63,976 bases of DNA, filler included, from Hyphochytrium catenoides (GCA_900088475.1; 9 parts of 9 records of this genome joined end to end with filler, not necessarily neighbours in it); one strand, 5' to 3'; shown: positions 27,596 through 39,319, numbered from the whole stretch's first letter. Notes: generated by a model not told the origin, from the sequence alone. A program made the numbers and translations.

Positions 27596-27820
27596 GTGCA
27601 GCGCAGCAGAAACAGTCAAGGGTTAGCGAGAGAACCGCCTGGGATCACCGTTACTACTGCGGAGGACGTTGCCAAGCTGGTGAAGCAAATAGCCTGCGGC
27701 TATCCACCCGAACGGTATTCAAGACACTCCCTGAGGGTAGGAGGCGCCACTGAACTAATTAACGGTCCGGCGGGCGACGACCTAACCATCTAGTTCTTGG
27801 GAACCATCTAGTTCTTGGGG
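27596..27820 (+). pseudogene. Tyrosine recombinase C-terminal fragment (DIRS/Crypton-like relic)
   Basis: YSRHSLRVGGATEL matches the H-x-x-R box II motif. It is followed by a stop and a local duplication. Confidence 0.6.
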
Positions 27821-29791
27821 CCCATCAGGCCCATCAAGTCCTTAGGGCCCCAGCAGCAGGTAGGAGGCTTTCAAACTACCACTCCCTAACATTTTCTACG
27901 CTAAGCGCGCACAAAACCCACAGCTACGCGGCAAGGAGAGCTCTCAGGCTAGTAATGTCAAGCGCCACTTTGATACCCCCAGCCAGAGGCTTGTCATACA
28001 CTGCATGCTCTGTCACGTCATCCGGATGAGCAGAAGGAAATGATAATAGTAGCTATCATCCCTCAATGGTCAAAATAAAAGGTCAGAACCACTGCTATGA
28101 AAGGATAGCTAGTAAAGACTAACTTCTGTGGTAATAAGGCTTCAATAATTCTCATCAGCCCTCACATATGCAGTTCTATGCTAGACCGCAGTGCAAGGAT
28201 GAGCGACGACCAAGAGAAATTATTAGCAGCTGTTCGAGGATCATACGACAACAAAGTGTCAGAAGCACTGCTATTATCATGAAAGGACTAGTAAGGACTA
28301 ACTCCTCTAAAAAGGTTTCAACAATGTTCATCAGCAGCCCCCCCATATGCACTTCTATGGCAGACAGCAGTGTAAGGTTGAGGTTTGAGCATCAATACGG
28401 CAGCGAATAGTAGATAGCAGCATAGTTCACAGTTCATAGTTTACAAAGTAGTAAAGAAAGATGAAACTCGGTGCAAGAAGAGAAGCTCTAGCAAAAGAGC
28501 CGAGAGACGCCTCCTTGCAAATAACGAGAGCAGCTCAGCACAATCAAAGAGCAATTGAGTAGTGAGCCAGCAGGAAGAAGGAGCAACACAAGCAGCAGCA
28601 CAACAACCGTAAGCAGCCCAACAAGCAGCAGCACCAAGCAACAACGCAGTGCAGCAGAGGAAAAAGAGCAGACAGAACTAAGCACCACGGCGTTGCTCGT
28701 CGCTTGTTACTTATTACTACTGCGCTCATAAGCGCCCGGCGATGAATTTTTCTTATTATCAAAAAGAGGTGCTGTTGCCCTGCGCCTACTTTTACATGTG
28801 TTCACTTCCAATTAGCAGGTGGTGCATGGCGCACAGCTCTCGCCTGCGAGGGATAGGCTTTGACCTTGTTATTAAGCGCAGGAGGAGGGGTAATAAGTAG
28901 TCCTCGTGGCACTACTCTACCTCAAGTCGACCAACAAGTTGTGGTCCTCAGGAAAATGAGATTTCTCTTTTTATGCTTTTTCCCTATTCAGAACATTGCT
29001 TTGTTTTCTCTGTCCCTCACAGTAATTTGTCTACATTTCTCAGGTGCGGATGCACCTTTATCTTCCGCTTATGGATTTATCTTTATTAGCGGTTCAATAA
29101 CCTTTTCTACTTTTTGAGTTATCTAGCTACCACTACTCTATAATGAACTAAGATGAAGTGAAACAAGAAGAAGAAGAAGGAGGAGAGGAGAAGAAGAAGG
29201 AGAAGAAGAACGAGATAAAGAACGAGAAGAAGGGGAAGAAAAAGAAGAAAAATGAAGGGGAGAGAAGAGCTACAAAGCCCTGGACCCTTCAACGCGTTCT
29301 CCTTCACCCTCACCATCAATGTCGGAAAAGGAAACACAATCATTGTTGATGAACTCTTCCGCAATAATGATAGGAGACGGAGGAGAAGAAGAAGAAACGG
29401 GCATGGCGCCGAGATAATCATCAACATCGCGCTCAACCATGCAAGCTAGAGCGGGAATCAACTGCTGAACAGGAATACGCTTCAGAATCTAAATTGCATT
29501 TTCTTCATGGACGGTGAAAGAAGTTCTGATACGAAAAATCAGAGTCTTTGCCAACCGAGACCAATGACGAAGCGGTACGGGAAGCCTTAACAATAGCGGC
29601 ACCATCATTACTTTTCTTCGAGGAAAAGGCTCAAAATAATGATGCTGGTTGAGATCCTTTCAATGCCGTATATTCACCCACACCTGAGCTGACATCTGCC
29701 CGCCAAAGCGGAAAAAGGAAGGCTAACGAGAGGGGCACTCAGCTCTCTCTCTCTCTCTTGAATTACACCTGCGGTCCTTCGAGGAGTCATC

Positions 29792-30046
29792 ATGGGTGAG
29801 CAGAAGGAGGAAGACTCCCCTCCCGGCACTCCTCCCAGTCCTACAGTAATAATTCGGCGGCTGTATCAGGCTACGAAACAAATCCAAAATCTGAACAGTG
29901 TGTCTTGGCACTCATTGCGCCACGGTCTTGTCAGTCCATGCCGAGCTGCTCGGGTCTCTGAAGACATCGTGCATTTGGTTACTGGGAGTAGAAGTCGCAC
30001 TTCTAGGATGGCCTGTGTGATGGCGGCAAGAGCGGAGAATAAGTAG
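29792..30046 (+). pseudogene. Second tyrosine recombinase-like fragment
   Basis: VSWHSLRHG...VSEDIVHLVTG resembles the YR HSLR..G H/W region. It is short and degenerate. Confidence 0.45.
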
Positions 30047-30697
30047 TGTTGGAGCCCTACTTGAGTGCAAGGTTAGATGAGAGGAGTAAGGCTAACCTAG
30101 CATTCAAGCGCATCGATCTGCTGTCACGACGATAAACCATCATCAGTAGTGTCGAGAAAAAGTTTGTTTTTGTTCCTAGAGTAGTAAGTACCAACGTAAA
30201 GAGTGATTCGACTGCGTTTCGTTGGCCATATTAGAACCAGTGTAAGAAGAACAACTGTTGGCCCACGCCGCCCTTCAACAAAAATGTTCCTGCAACCTTC
30301 TTACTTCATCTCTGTTCCACTTGGCCACACTACAGAACGTCTAAAAATAGCCCTTATGCTGAGTGAGCTGAAGAAGAAGATTGTGGTGCTTATATTACCA
30401 GCACTTATTTCTTCTTATTGCTTCTTTATACAGTCTTCTTTTCTACTTATCAACAATCCCAAGCTATCATCAAACGTAATCAATATTGCTTCTTTTCTCT
30501 CTTCTGTCTTTGGATATTATGATGGTCAGCTTCCGTGAGGCTGCGAGTCCTTACGTCGAATGAGGAGCGAGGGTGCTCAATACTTCGTCTTCAGGTTGTT
30601 GAGTCAAGGTGTAGCAGTGGTCCTCCTTGTAGCATGAGGGAAAGAAGAGTACTCCATGACCTAGTGGCCAAGTGTGATGGAGACGTCCCAGCTACGT

Positions 30698-31336
30698 TTA
30701 CTCTTCGCATTTTTTCCACCGCAAATGATAGAGAGTGCTCATGGAGCCATCAGTAGAGTCCATGGTAATGAAGCTAGTATCCGTTGGGCTAGAGTTGCCT
30801 TTGTAGACGCGGAGCTCCGTGTTCAGGTTCAGGTTTCTCTTAACGCCACAAGGATGATAGACAATGGTTGCCGCATCTGTTGTATCTGTTACTTGCCAAT
30901 TGTCCTCAAAAGGGCCATAGAAGTCGTGAGCCGTCGTTGAGGATTGGGTCTCCCCTTGAAAGTAGTAAGTTGCCAATTGGGTTGCTCTGGCGCCATGTGC
31001 CAGGCTGGCAAAGCCTCTGTAATCAGCCTTAGCGATTGCATAGGTAAATCCCTGAGGCACGTGGAGCAACACCCCCAGTTGGCAATTCTTCCTCCAGTCA
31101 AAAGGGCTGGATCCCCAACCGACAGACGCCAAATAGGAGCTGTAAGTAACCGTGAATGCTTCTTTGTCAGGGGCTACAGCTACGACAGCGGTACCACGGG
31201 GGCAGCCTGAGCCGTTGACACTGACAATATCCATCGTTATATTCTCTTTCGGTGGAGGAGCGGTCGTTTCCACCTCAGTGGCGCCGACAAGCGCGACAAG
31301 TAGAGCCGCTGTAAGGCTTGATAGCAAAAGCTTCAT
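30698..31336 (-). CDS. Secreted DUF4360-family protein, intronless
   Basis: Signal peptide from MKLLLSS; motifs NGSGCPRG, FTVTYSSY, RKNCQL, PQGFTYAIAKADYRGFASL, YYFQG, FITMDSTD, YHLRWKKC. Confidence 0.85.
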   Translation of the reverse strand: MKLLLSSLTAALLVALVGATEVETTAPPPKENITMDIVSVNGSGCPRGTAVVAVAPDKEAFTVTYSSYLASVGWGSSPFDWRKNCQLGVLLHVPQGFTYAIAKADYRGFASLAHGARATQLATYYFQGETQSSTTAHDFYGPFEDNWQVTDTTDAATIVYHPCGVKRNLNLNTELRVYKGNSSPTDTSFITMDSTDGSMSTLYHLRWKKCEE

Positions 31337-34300
31337 CTTAACATAAAACGAGACTAAGGTCAACGCAGGGACACGTCGAGTGATGATGTGGACCTTGTAC
31401 CGACCGTGAGTAGTACCGGGAAAGTTGGATTATGATGGCTGCTTAATAAGGAGACATAAGAGAACAGAAAGGCCCATCTGGATGAGTTACCATCAAGACC
31501 GAGAGAGGCAGCAGAGCACTTCTCTCTATCGATCATCAGGTTCCTAGTCGTCCTTCTCGTCTGAACTTCTCCAAGTTTCCTTCCCTCTGAATAATGATTA
31601 ACGGCGTTCCTTCCTAGCCGTCGTGGTCCCTTGTGAAGACCATGTTTCAGCCAGTTTGCGCGGGCTAGAGCTGCCTGTGTAAGGGGTTTGTATGTCCAGG
31701 CTCTGAGGCAAGGCTTTCTCTCACTGGCCCGCGTTCATACTTCCTTCTCTCTTTCTATTCGCAGATCCGCTCGCTACTACTCTTGTCTTTTTCCAGAACG
31801 GGTGACATATCGCAACTGCTCTTTCTTGCGAGTCTCCAAATTCTTACTACTGTCATTATGACAGATTCTCAGGACATTGTACGCATCAATGTGGCTTGAT
31901 TGGTGGCCTCGGCTGCTTCGTCCTTGACACAAGCACCGAAACTGGACATTGTGAATATGCGTGATTTCTTTAACAGATATCTCCTCAACCGGATGTGATG
32001 TGATGGCTTCATCATGCTACCCTCCTTGCTGGAGAAAATGATTGAAGGCTGGTGACGAGAGAGAAGAAGAATAGAGGAGCTAATTCTTATAAACACACAG
32101 CAGCTATTGCAAAGAGATGCAAACAAACGGGGAACGGCTTCTGCCTCTAATATTCAAGGCAACCTTTTGCTTCAAGCTGGGTAGCACGAAAGCAGGTGGT
32201 GGTGGGGATGTCATTAAAAGTAAGTCAAGGTCTCCGTCGGTCGCTTCCCTTTGGCAGCGAGGTCTTGGCGAGAGCGTCTTCTTCTTAGAAAAAGAGATGG
32301 AGAACGTTCCCTTGCGCCGCCCGCCGGCAATAGGACTCCTTTGAGAGGGACCGTTCTGTTGGTTGTACAGGGCTGCTGGCAACAGTGTGGCCACAAACTT
32401 CCAAAATGTTGCTGCTCGCTCCACAGATTTAGAAAGAAGTCATATTGAATCCCCCCCCCAAAGCGCTTGCTAAGAGTGCAAGATAGAGGTAAAAAGGCAG
32501 CACATGAAAATGCAGGAGGTCAGTTATAGCCGGAAGAAAGTTAAAAAGATTCGTCCAGCTGCTTGCTCTTTCTTTGCGGAGCTCTGACGTTGATTGATAG
32601 TTTGCAACCGCCCACGTCTCTCGATGAGGACACTTATTATCAAGAGGAAGGAGATGATGATGAACAGCCCCTATTGGTGGCCAGCAGCAGAAGAGTGGCT
32701 CTTCACTAGTTCTTTCCTCTACCTCTTCATTGTTGTTTCTTGGGAGTGATGCTAATCATTGTTGGTACCTTGATCACCCACCCACCACCCACCTACATAC
32801 CAATTCTTATACCACTTTTAGCCACCTGGGTGCGCAGTCGTGGTCGGCTGCTTTCGTCACGGAGAACAAGAAAAGCGAAGCAGCCAGTACAGATTGTCAT
32901 TGAGAACTGATGACATGACATGTACATCTACGGTTTGTAATTACAGAGTAATAATAGAAAAAAAACAGCAAAAAGGGAGGATGACGGTTATAGCTTTTTT
33001 GTCTACGATTATTATTACTCTGTGTTCTACTATTTACTTCCTAGGTAGCTTGATCGCGTACCTTCCCTTTTACGGATCTTCTTCCAATCAGCGGACCAAA
33101 CAGGCCTATTGTTTAGCGCTACAAGAAAGCGACGATGAGAGAGGAGGGATGGTGGACTCTAGTTCTACTATCGTAATACTCCGTAATAATAATAAGATGC
33201 CAAGAAAAGGTAATTTAATAGTTTTTTCGTGTTTAATGTGGCCTTTATTATAGTTTTTATAAAAAAAAAATTGGAACCTCGCACCCGCTGTTTCAACCTA
33301 GCCCTTTTCTGTGGGTAATAATTAGGAGCAAGAGGAGGAGAGCAAGAGTTAAGGAGCGCCCTCCTAGATTTTGTGCTGCAATCAACAACTTGAATTACGA
33401 CGGCCGCACGCAGGCACCTGATAGTAGGTGGACGTTTGATTGCAATGCACTGCTCTGAAGCTTCTCACCGTTAACCTTTCCAGCTTAGATCTGTTTTCCG
33501 CTTCCCTGTTCTGCGTTATTAGCGTGCTCCAGGAGTGCCGCGACTACCGCCAGTATTACTCTTGCGGAGAAAGGATTGCGAATGATTCCTTGCAGGAAAT
33601 CAATAATGGGGACGATGTCGTTGACACGGTGGTGTCCAGTTCGACGACCGACGAGGAGGTGCAGCCAGAAGACCAGCAGAATGAGGATGGCAAGAACTGA
33701 CGGACGGACAACAAGAAGAGGCCAGGATCATTGGAGTCATGAGGAGGAAAGTCGTCATGATGGACGGCCGCGGCAAGAAGAAGAGAAAACTTCTTGACAA
33801 TTCCCTGATATGTACTTTTCCCCGTCGTTCTTCTTCGTCGCCATCCTCCTCCATACTAAACTCTTGCTGGATATTATGATTGTACGCATCGCCCGTAGGT
33901 GGTGGATATACTGCGGATATGGAGAGGGGAAGAAGGGATAGGAGGAAGTGATCAGAGCAATAAGTAAAAGAGGAGGAGATGACGCTAAGTTTCCAGTCAG
34001 TCGTAGCGTGATAGTAGTAATGGTGAGGACACACATCATTGTGATAGAGGCAGTCCTCCTCTGGCGAATAATCCCGGCGATCTTCTCCGCTGCTTGCCTT
34101 CTCCTGCTACCTACTTGTTGTAGCTCTGAGAAACCTAACCAGAAGAAGAATAGTGGGAACTCTTAGTCCGTGTTGCGAGCCGCTTAAGAAGATTAAACAT
34201 ACTCCTTTGCTCTGTACTTGTAGCTGGCTCTGATGATCTCGAAGAGCGTGCTGTCCCTCACACGTTCCAGAACAGGGGCCAAGGGGTGAAGAAGAACGCG

Positions 34301-34678
34301 GGGGACTGAAAAATCGCAACGTACTTTCGTCAAAAGAGAGTCACCACGAACGATAATCCTATTGCTAACAACGCTGTTGAATTCCGCCGTTTCTTGATGA
34401 CTGAGCTGGAGGAGGAGTAGCATACATAATAAGCAAACAGGGCAGTAGATGAAGTAACCGGATTGAGGTGGGGAAATGGAAGCAGAAGTAGATGACGCTC
34501 CACGACATCCTTCCTGCTGCTGGAGGTTAGTACCATCCCCCTCGCTATTGGCCCTCAAACAGCAACTTTCCAGGTGCCGGACACAACTTCTTGCCTTCCC
34601 AGACTTGTAGCAGTCAGTCGCCCCATCCCACCAACACTTCACGGTCTACTATTTATATTTCCTCAGTCCGACGTCAAG

Positions 34679-35344
34679 ATGAAGCTTTGTCGTCTTCTCG
34701 CTAATGGCCTTGCTTCCGCTCTTTTCTTTGCGTGGGTTGATGCCGCTAAAGAAGGGGAAACCATAGGTCCGCCAGAGGGAAACGTTACTGCCGAACTCGT
34801 CAACCTAAACGGCTCTGGTTGTCCACCTGGCTCTGCCCTAGTAGCGATATCCCCGGATAACACCGCTTTCACCGTTACGTATAGCTCCTATTTGGCCTCG
34901 GCCGGCTATGGTTCCGGACCTTTTGACTGGAGGAAGAACTGCCAACTGGCCGTGCAAGTCCTCGTTCCTCACGGTTTTACCTATGCCGTGGTCCAAGCTG
35001 ACTATAGAGGATTTGCCAGCCTCCCCGAAGGTGCCAAGGCTAGCCAGTTGGCATCTTATTACTTTCAGGGAATGCCGCAGACTGTTAGAAGCAATCATCG
35101 CTTTCAAGGCCCTTATGAAGACAACTGGCAAGTGACGGACAATACGGATATTGCGGCCATTGTTTATCATCCTTGCGGTGCCCAAAGAAATCTGAATGTC
35201 AACACTGAGCTTCGAGTGTATAAGGGCAACTCTAATGCTCAGGATACCAGCTTCATAACGATGGACTCCACCGATGTTTCTTTCAGCACAATTTACCATT
35301 TTCAATGGAAAAAATGCGAAGAGGACGACGACGACCAGGAATAG
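34679..35344 (+). CDS. Secreted DUF4360-family protein, intronless paralogue
   Basis: Signal peptide from MKLCRLL; motifs NGSGCPPG, RKNCQL, DYRGFASL, YYFQG, FITMDSTD, YHFQWKKC. It aligns end to end with the 30698-31336 gene. Confidence 0.85.
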   Translation: MKLCRLLANGLASALFFAWVDAAKEGETIGPPEGNVTAELVNLNGSGCPPGSALVAISPDNTAFTVTYSSYLASAGYGSGPFDWRKNCQLAVQVLVPHGFTYAVVQADYRGFASLPEGAKASQLASYYFQGMPQTVRSNHRFQGPYEDNWQVTDNTDIAAIVYHPCGAQRNLNVNTELRVYKGNSNAQDTSFITMDSTDVSFSTIYHFQWKKCEEDDDDQE

Positions 35345-35795
35345 GCTTAGACTGTCCAATCTTTTGTTGAATAAGATGACAATGTGGGACCTTCTTGCTA
35401 AGATGGAAACTAACGTAGTCCAGGCCTTCTTCCTGGCTAGGTGGTGGAACCCTCTTCCTAGTAGTCATAGTAGTTATTAGACGACGCAAGAAGAAGAAGA
35501 AAAGAAGTTTGTTGTATGCAGCCGCTTTGGGATAACTACTTGTAGTATTGAGAGGAAACAATGAATGTATAGATAGTGTAGTAGGGCCAAACCGATCGTG
35601 GTGCGGGCAGCGCTTATAATAATAGTCTTTCTTCCAAAGGTGGTCGGAGGAGGACCGGTGACATGGTACTCCCGATTCTGAATGTCCTAGGACACNNNNN
35701 NNNNNNNNNNNNNNNNNNNNNNNNNNNNNNNNNNNNNNNTTAATTAATTAANNNNNNNNNNNNNNNNNNNNNNNNNNNNNNNNNNNNNNNNNNNN

Positions 35796-36983
35796 GCGTG
35801 GAACGGGGGAACTATGTGCAAGTGCCATAGATGAAATTCTTATCGGAGAACAGACCCGAAGACGTGCTATGCGCACTACCAACAAGAGTTATGATGAAGA
35901 AGAAGGCTTTCCAGCATACGCTCTACATCAACGAACGATAAAGGAACCGCATCATCACCGTCATCACGAGACTAAGAACAAGGCTCATCCAGGGTCATCA
36001 GCATCATCATCAAACATTAAAGTTCGCGACCAATGGCCGGAGTGCCCATTTTGCGGAAGTCGCAGCCATCCTTCGGAGAAATGCTGGGAACTCGAGCAGA
36101 ACGCTCATCACAGACCGTCTTTCTGGAAATCACGCTCTAAAAGGAATCTGTCAACAGCTTTGAAGAAAATTATTGATTTACCTTCATCAAAGAAGAAGAC
36201 TTCTTATAGTGAAGCAGTCAAGGAACTACTGAGAAGAACTGAAGAACAAAACCAGCTCATCACTAAGGAAACATCTCAACAACCAACTAAACTATCTCTT
36301 TCCGAAGAAGCAGCACGGACAGGAGTCAATTAACATCAAGGTCCCAAGGATCCAAATGAAGGACAATTAAGCAATACGCATGCTCTGAATCAAGAAAAGC
36401 TTGACGCTGCTAACAATACTCTCCTTTCTTTCTATCTAGCACTGAAGCAATCAGACAATTTGCAAGTTTCTGGAGATCTCGACGCGTTTATCAGAGACGC
36501 TAAGGAAACCACATCTCGCCAACCTCGCTGTTCGTCGTACATCGAGAAATGTTTACAATGGAAAACCAAGAACCAAGTAATCTCTTTCTAGCGGGTCTAC
36601 AGCATGCGGGGAGGTGTTGAAGGTTCAGCTTCGACCCTTCACAATAGGGAGTTCGAGCTGCGGAAAGGTGTTGGAGTCTGAGGGCACAGCTATGTGGCCT
36701 ACAAGCTGGGAAGCTTAACTACCCAAGTTTCAGCTCCAAACTCCCAGTAGAAGCCGAGATATGAAGCAAACGAAATGCCCCTGTTTATCTATGCGTTATG
36801 GTCAGTACCCCGGAATACCTTCAGGACTGACTGTTCTAGACAGGGATTTCTCTATGACTGAATATCTTAGGGTTTATTAGGAATAGTTGGCATAGTCAGA
36901 ATAGCTCTAGATTATGGGACCCCAGTTGGGCTTATAAGTCGAGCACTCTCATCTAATGACATTGTCCAATCATCCCGACAACA
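35796..36983 (+). mobile_element. Gag-only LTR element (family B), 3' part: gag with CCHC knuckle and a premature stop at 36333, PPT, and ~315-bp 3' LTR (36669-36983)
   Basis: CPFCGSRSHPSEKC is CX2CX4HX4C. There is no pol between gag and the LTR. The LTR starts TGTTGGAGTC and recurs at 51924, 54981 and 59524. Confidence 0.8.
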
Positions 36984-37980
36984 AATCCAAAAGTGATCAG
37001 AAAATGACCGCTTTCAGAGTTACAGTCTTATGCATGTGATGATGGTAGCCTCCAGGCCGGATATAGCCTTCGCGGTACAATCGGTTAGCCAGCATATGAC
37101 TAACTGTAGATAGACTCACTGGGCCGCTGTGAAGCGGATACTGAGATATCTGAAAGGGACTGCAGACCACTTCTTATGTCTAGGAGGAGAAGCAACCCCA
37201 GACATCATCAATCAGAGTCCAAGACTACAACTCTTTGCAGATGCAGACTGGGCGAGTGATCCTATGAACAGGAAATCCATTTCAGGCTACTTTCTTACAC
37301 TGGGGACTGGTGCTTTCAGTTGGAAGGCTAAGAAGCAAGACATAGTGGCTTCTTCAACCACTGAAGCTGAGTGCATCTCACTGTGGACCGGAGTCAAACA
37401 TGCAGAACACATCTCTTATTTCTTACAGGAGCTTCAGTATCCACTGAGTAGACCCATCCTCGCACATCAAGACAACAAGAGCACAATAACAGTCTGCGAG
37501 ATGCCGAGACCCAAATCGAAATATATTGATGTCGAACACTGTGTGGTTAGAGACCAGGTGAATCGCAAAGTCTTGGAATTGCAACACTGTCCAACCAACA
37601 AGATGACTGCCAACATTCTCACGAAAGCGTTACCAGCACCTCAGTTCCGAGAACTTCTTCCGCAACTCGGGATTGTCCCGTCCACATCCGTCGTAAGACA
37701 AAGTCTACTTTCCGGGGAGGACAAGGCGGAGGCCGACGGACACTCAGCAGGAAGTCTGGACCTGCGGGGAGGTGTTGAGAGCAGAAGCTGACAAGAGCTC
37801 TAAAAGGCTCACAGTTCCAGAAACTATCTGACAAGAGGAAGAAGGCACAAAACAAAGTGTTTCAGAGTTATGTTAACTAGATTATTATCATTAGGTAAGT
37901 CATCACACGACGACAACAAGAAGTAGTAACTGGGTCTAGTAGTTTATACGAGACACAGTTACTCTCCAGAACAACTACAC
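36984..37980 (+). mobile_element. Copia retrotransposon 3' fragment (RT C-terminus/RNase H, PPT GCGGGGAGG, LTR starting TGTTGAG at 37773)
   Basis: RPDIAFAV..HWAAVKRILRYLKGT, FADADWA, RKSISGY, SSTTEAE, DNKS, ILTKAL. Confidence 0.9.
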
Positions 37981-38036
37981 TGTTAGGACTGTGAGTTGTA
38001 TCCGGTATATAGTTCCTGGTCACTCCAGTCTAGTAT

Positions 38037-38115
38037 GGATACTTGGTGCAATGTCTTTGCGGTAGACGTTTGGTTGATCATTCATGAGATCCAGGTTCAA
38101 GTCCTGGAATATCCT
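38037..38115 (+). ncRNA. tRNA-like Pol III gene inside T2 LTR (copy 1, slightly decayed)
   Basis: Acceptor GGATACT/AATATCC, A-box-like TGGTGCAATG, T-arm CCAGG-TTCAAGT-CCTGG, TATATA at about -31, TTTT at 38120-38123. Confidence 0.72.
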
Positions 38116-38153
38116 TTACTTTTCCACTGTACTCTAATAGCGATTTCCTTTCA

Positions 38154-38167
38154 TGGAGGATATTCCA
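38154..38167 (+). promoter_or_regulatory. Primer-binding site of T2 (repeated at 38544-38557)
   Basis: TGGAGGATATTCCA is the reverse complement of TGGAATATCCT+CCA, the 3' end of the LTR-encoded tRNA-like RNA. Confidence 0.85.
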
Positions 38168-38425
38168 CGGCTACGGCTTGGCCCAGTTAGTTGGCTTAAG
38201 GACTCACTGTCCTGCCGTACCAATTAGCGGTTAGAGTCCTCATCTACCTAATGACTGTTGGTTAGTCCGCCTATGTCCGGAATCCGAATGGGCCACAGTC
38301 CTGATGGGAAACTCAAGGAGCTCAGTTACTCATTTCGGAGTCTGAGTTGCTCCTTGACTTCAGTGGGAGTGCTAGGACTGTGAGTTGTATCCGGTATATA
38401 GTTCCTGGTCACTCCAGTCTAGTAT

Positions 38426-38505
38426 GGATATTTGGTGCAATGTCTTTGCGGTAGCACGCTTGGCTGATCATTCATGAGATCCAGGTTCAAGTCCTGGAAT
38501 ATCCT
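38426..38505 (+). ncRNA. tRNA-like Pol III gene inside T2 LTR (copy 2)
   Basis: Perfect acceptor stem GGATATT/AATATCC, D-stem GTGC/GCAC with an enlarged loop, perfect T-arm, and an anticodon stem that does not pair. Upstream TATA and downstream T4. Confidence 0.8.
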
Positions 38506-38588
38506 TTACTTTTCCACTGTACTCTAATAGCGATTTCCTTTCATGGAGGATATTCCACGGCTACGGCTTGGCCCAGTTAGTTGGCTTA

Positions 38589-39161
38589 GAGCAACTGCAC
38601 CGGGAGCCTGTAAACGAAACTTTATCTTTAATTTAAAGTTTCCGAGGATTTCAATCCCGCACCGGACCCTTTATTTGACCCTTTAACTGTAAATTAAAGT
38701 TAAAGGTTCCGCTGACTCTTTAACCGAGCCCGATTTAAAGAGTCTAGACCTGACCCTTTATATCAAACTGGTGTGGTAATCTAGAGGAATAACTAGAAAA
38801 AGCAGTTTGATAGACCGACCTTTTCTGATTTTCTGATGAAGATCTGAAGGGAAAACGCGGGAGCTTTTGAAGTTGAAACACTGCTATCTAGCGGCGAGCG
38901 CTCATCATCAAACAAGAAAAATTAGCTCCTGCTTGCGTCTTTTTTCGGGACATACTGCTATGACTGCATGGTGAAAATAGGAGGGGCGATGAGTCCGCAG
39001 GAGGGCAAGCTGCAATAAGAGGGAGCACCTCAATCAGCAGCAACAACCTTTAACAGCCAGGCAGACGACGCCCGCGCTATCTTCCTACTACTATCAATAC
39101 AGCAGGCAAGCCTGAGGGCTCGCCATTTTAGATAGGGGTAATCCAGCCTTGACCGGCAGGA
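38589..39161. mobile_element. Possible PIF/Harbinger-type DNA transposon left end interrupting the T2 array
   Basis: T2 homology stops abruptly at TTA|GAGCAACTGCACC. A TTA target and a GAGCAACT-type terminus resemble PIF/Tourist ends. The other end is lost in the gap. Confidence 0.4.
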
Positions 39162-39287
39162 NNNNNNNNNNNNNNNNNNNNNNNNNNNNNNNNNNNNNNN
39201 NNNNNTTAATTAATTAANNNNNNNNNNNNNNNNNNNNNNNNNNNNNNNNNNNNNNNNNNNNAGAGAGAGAGAGAGAGAGAAGATAGA

Positions 39288-39319
<32 letters not shown>

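Larger units (their letters stand above)
37981..38588 (+). mobile_element. Tandem TRIM, family T2: LTR 37981-38153, internal 38154-38369, LTR 38370-38543, start of a second internal region
   Basis: Near-identical ~173-bp direct repeats TG...CA. The PBS TGGAGGATATTCCA follows each LTR directly. PPT AGTGGGAG precedes the second LTR. No ORF. Confidence 0.88.

Noticed and set aside
37981-38588. CRISPR-like or satellite array
   Set aside because: The repeats are long LTRs with identical intervening sequence, not short repeats with unique spacers.
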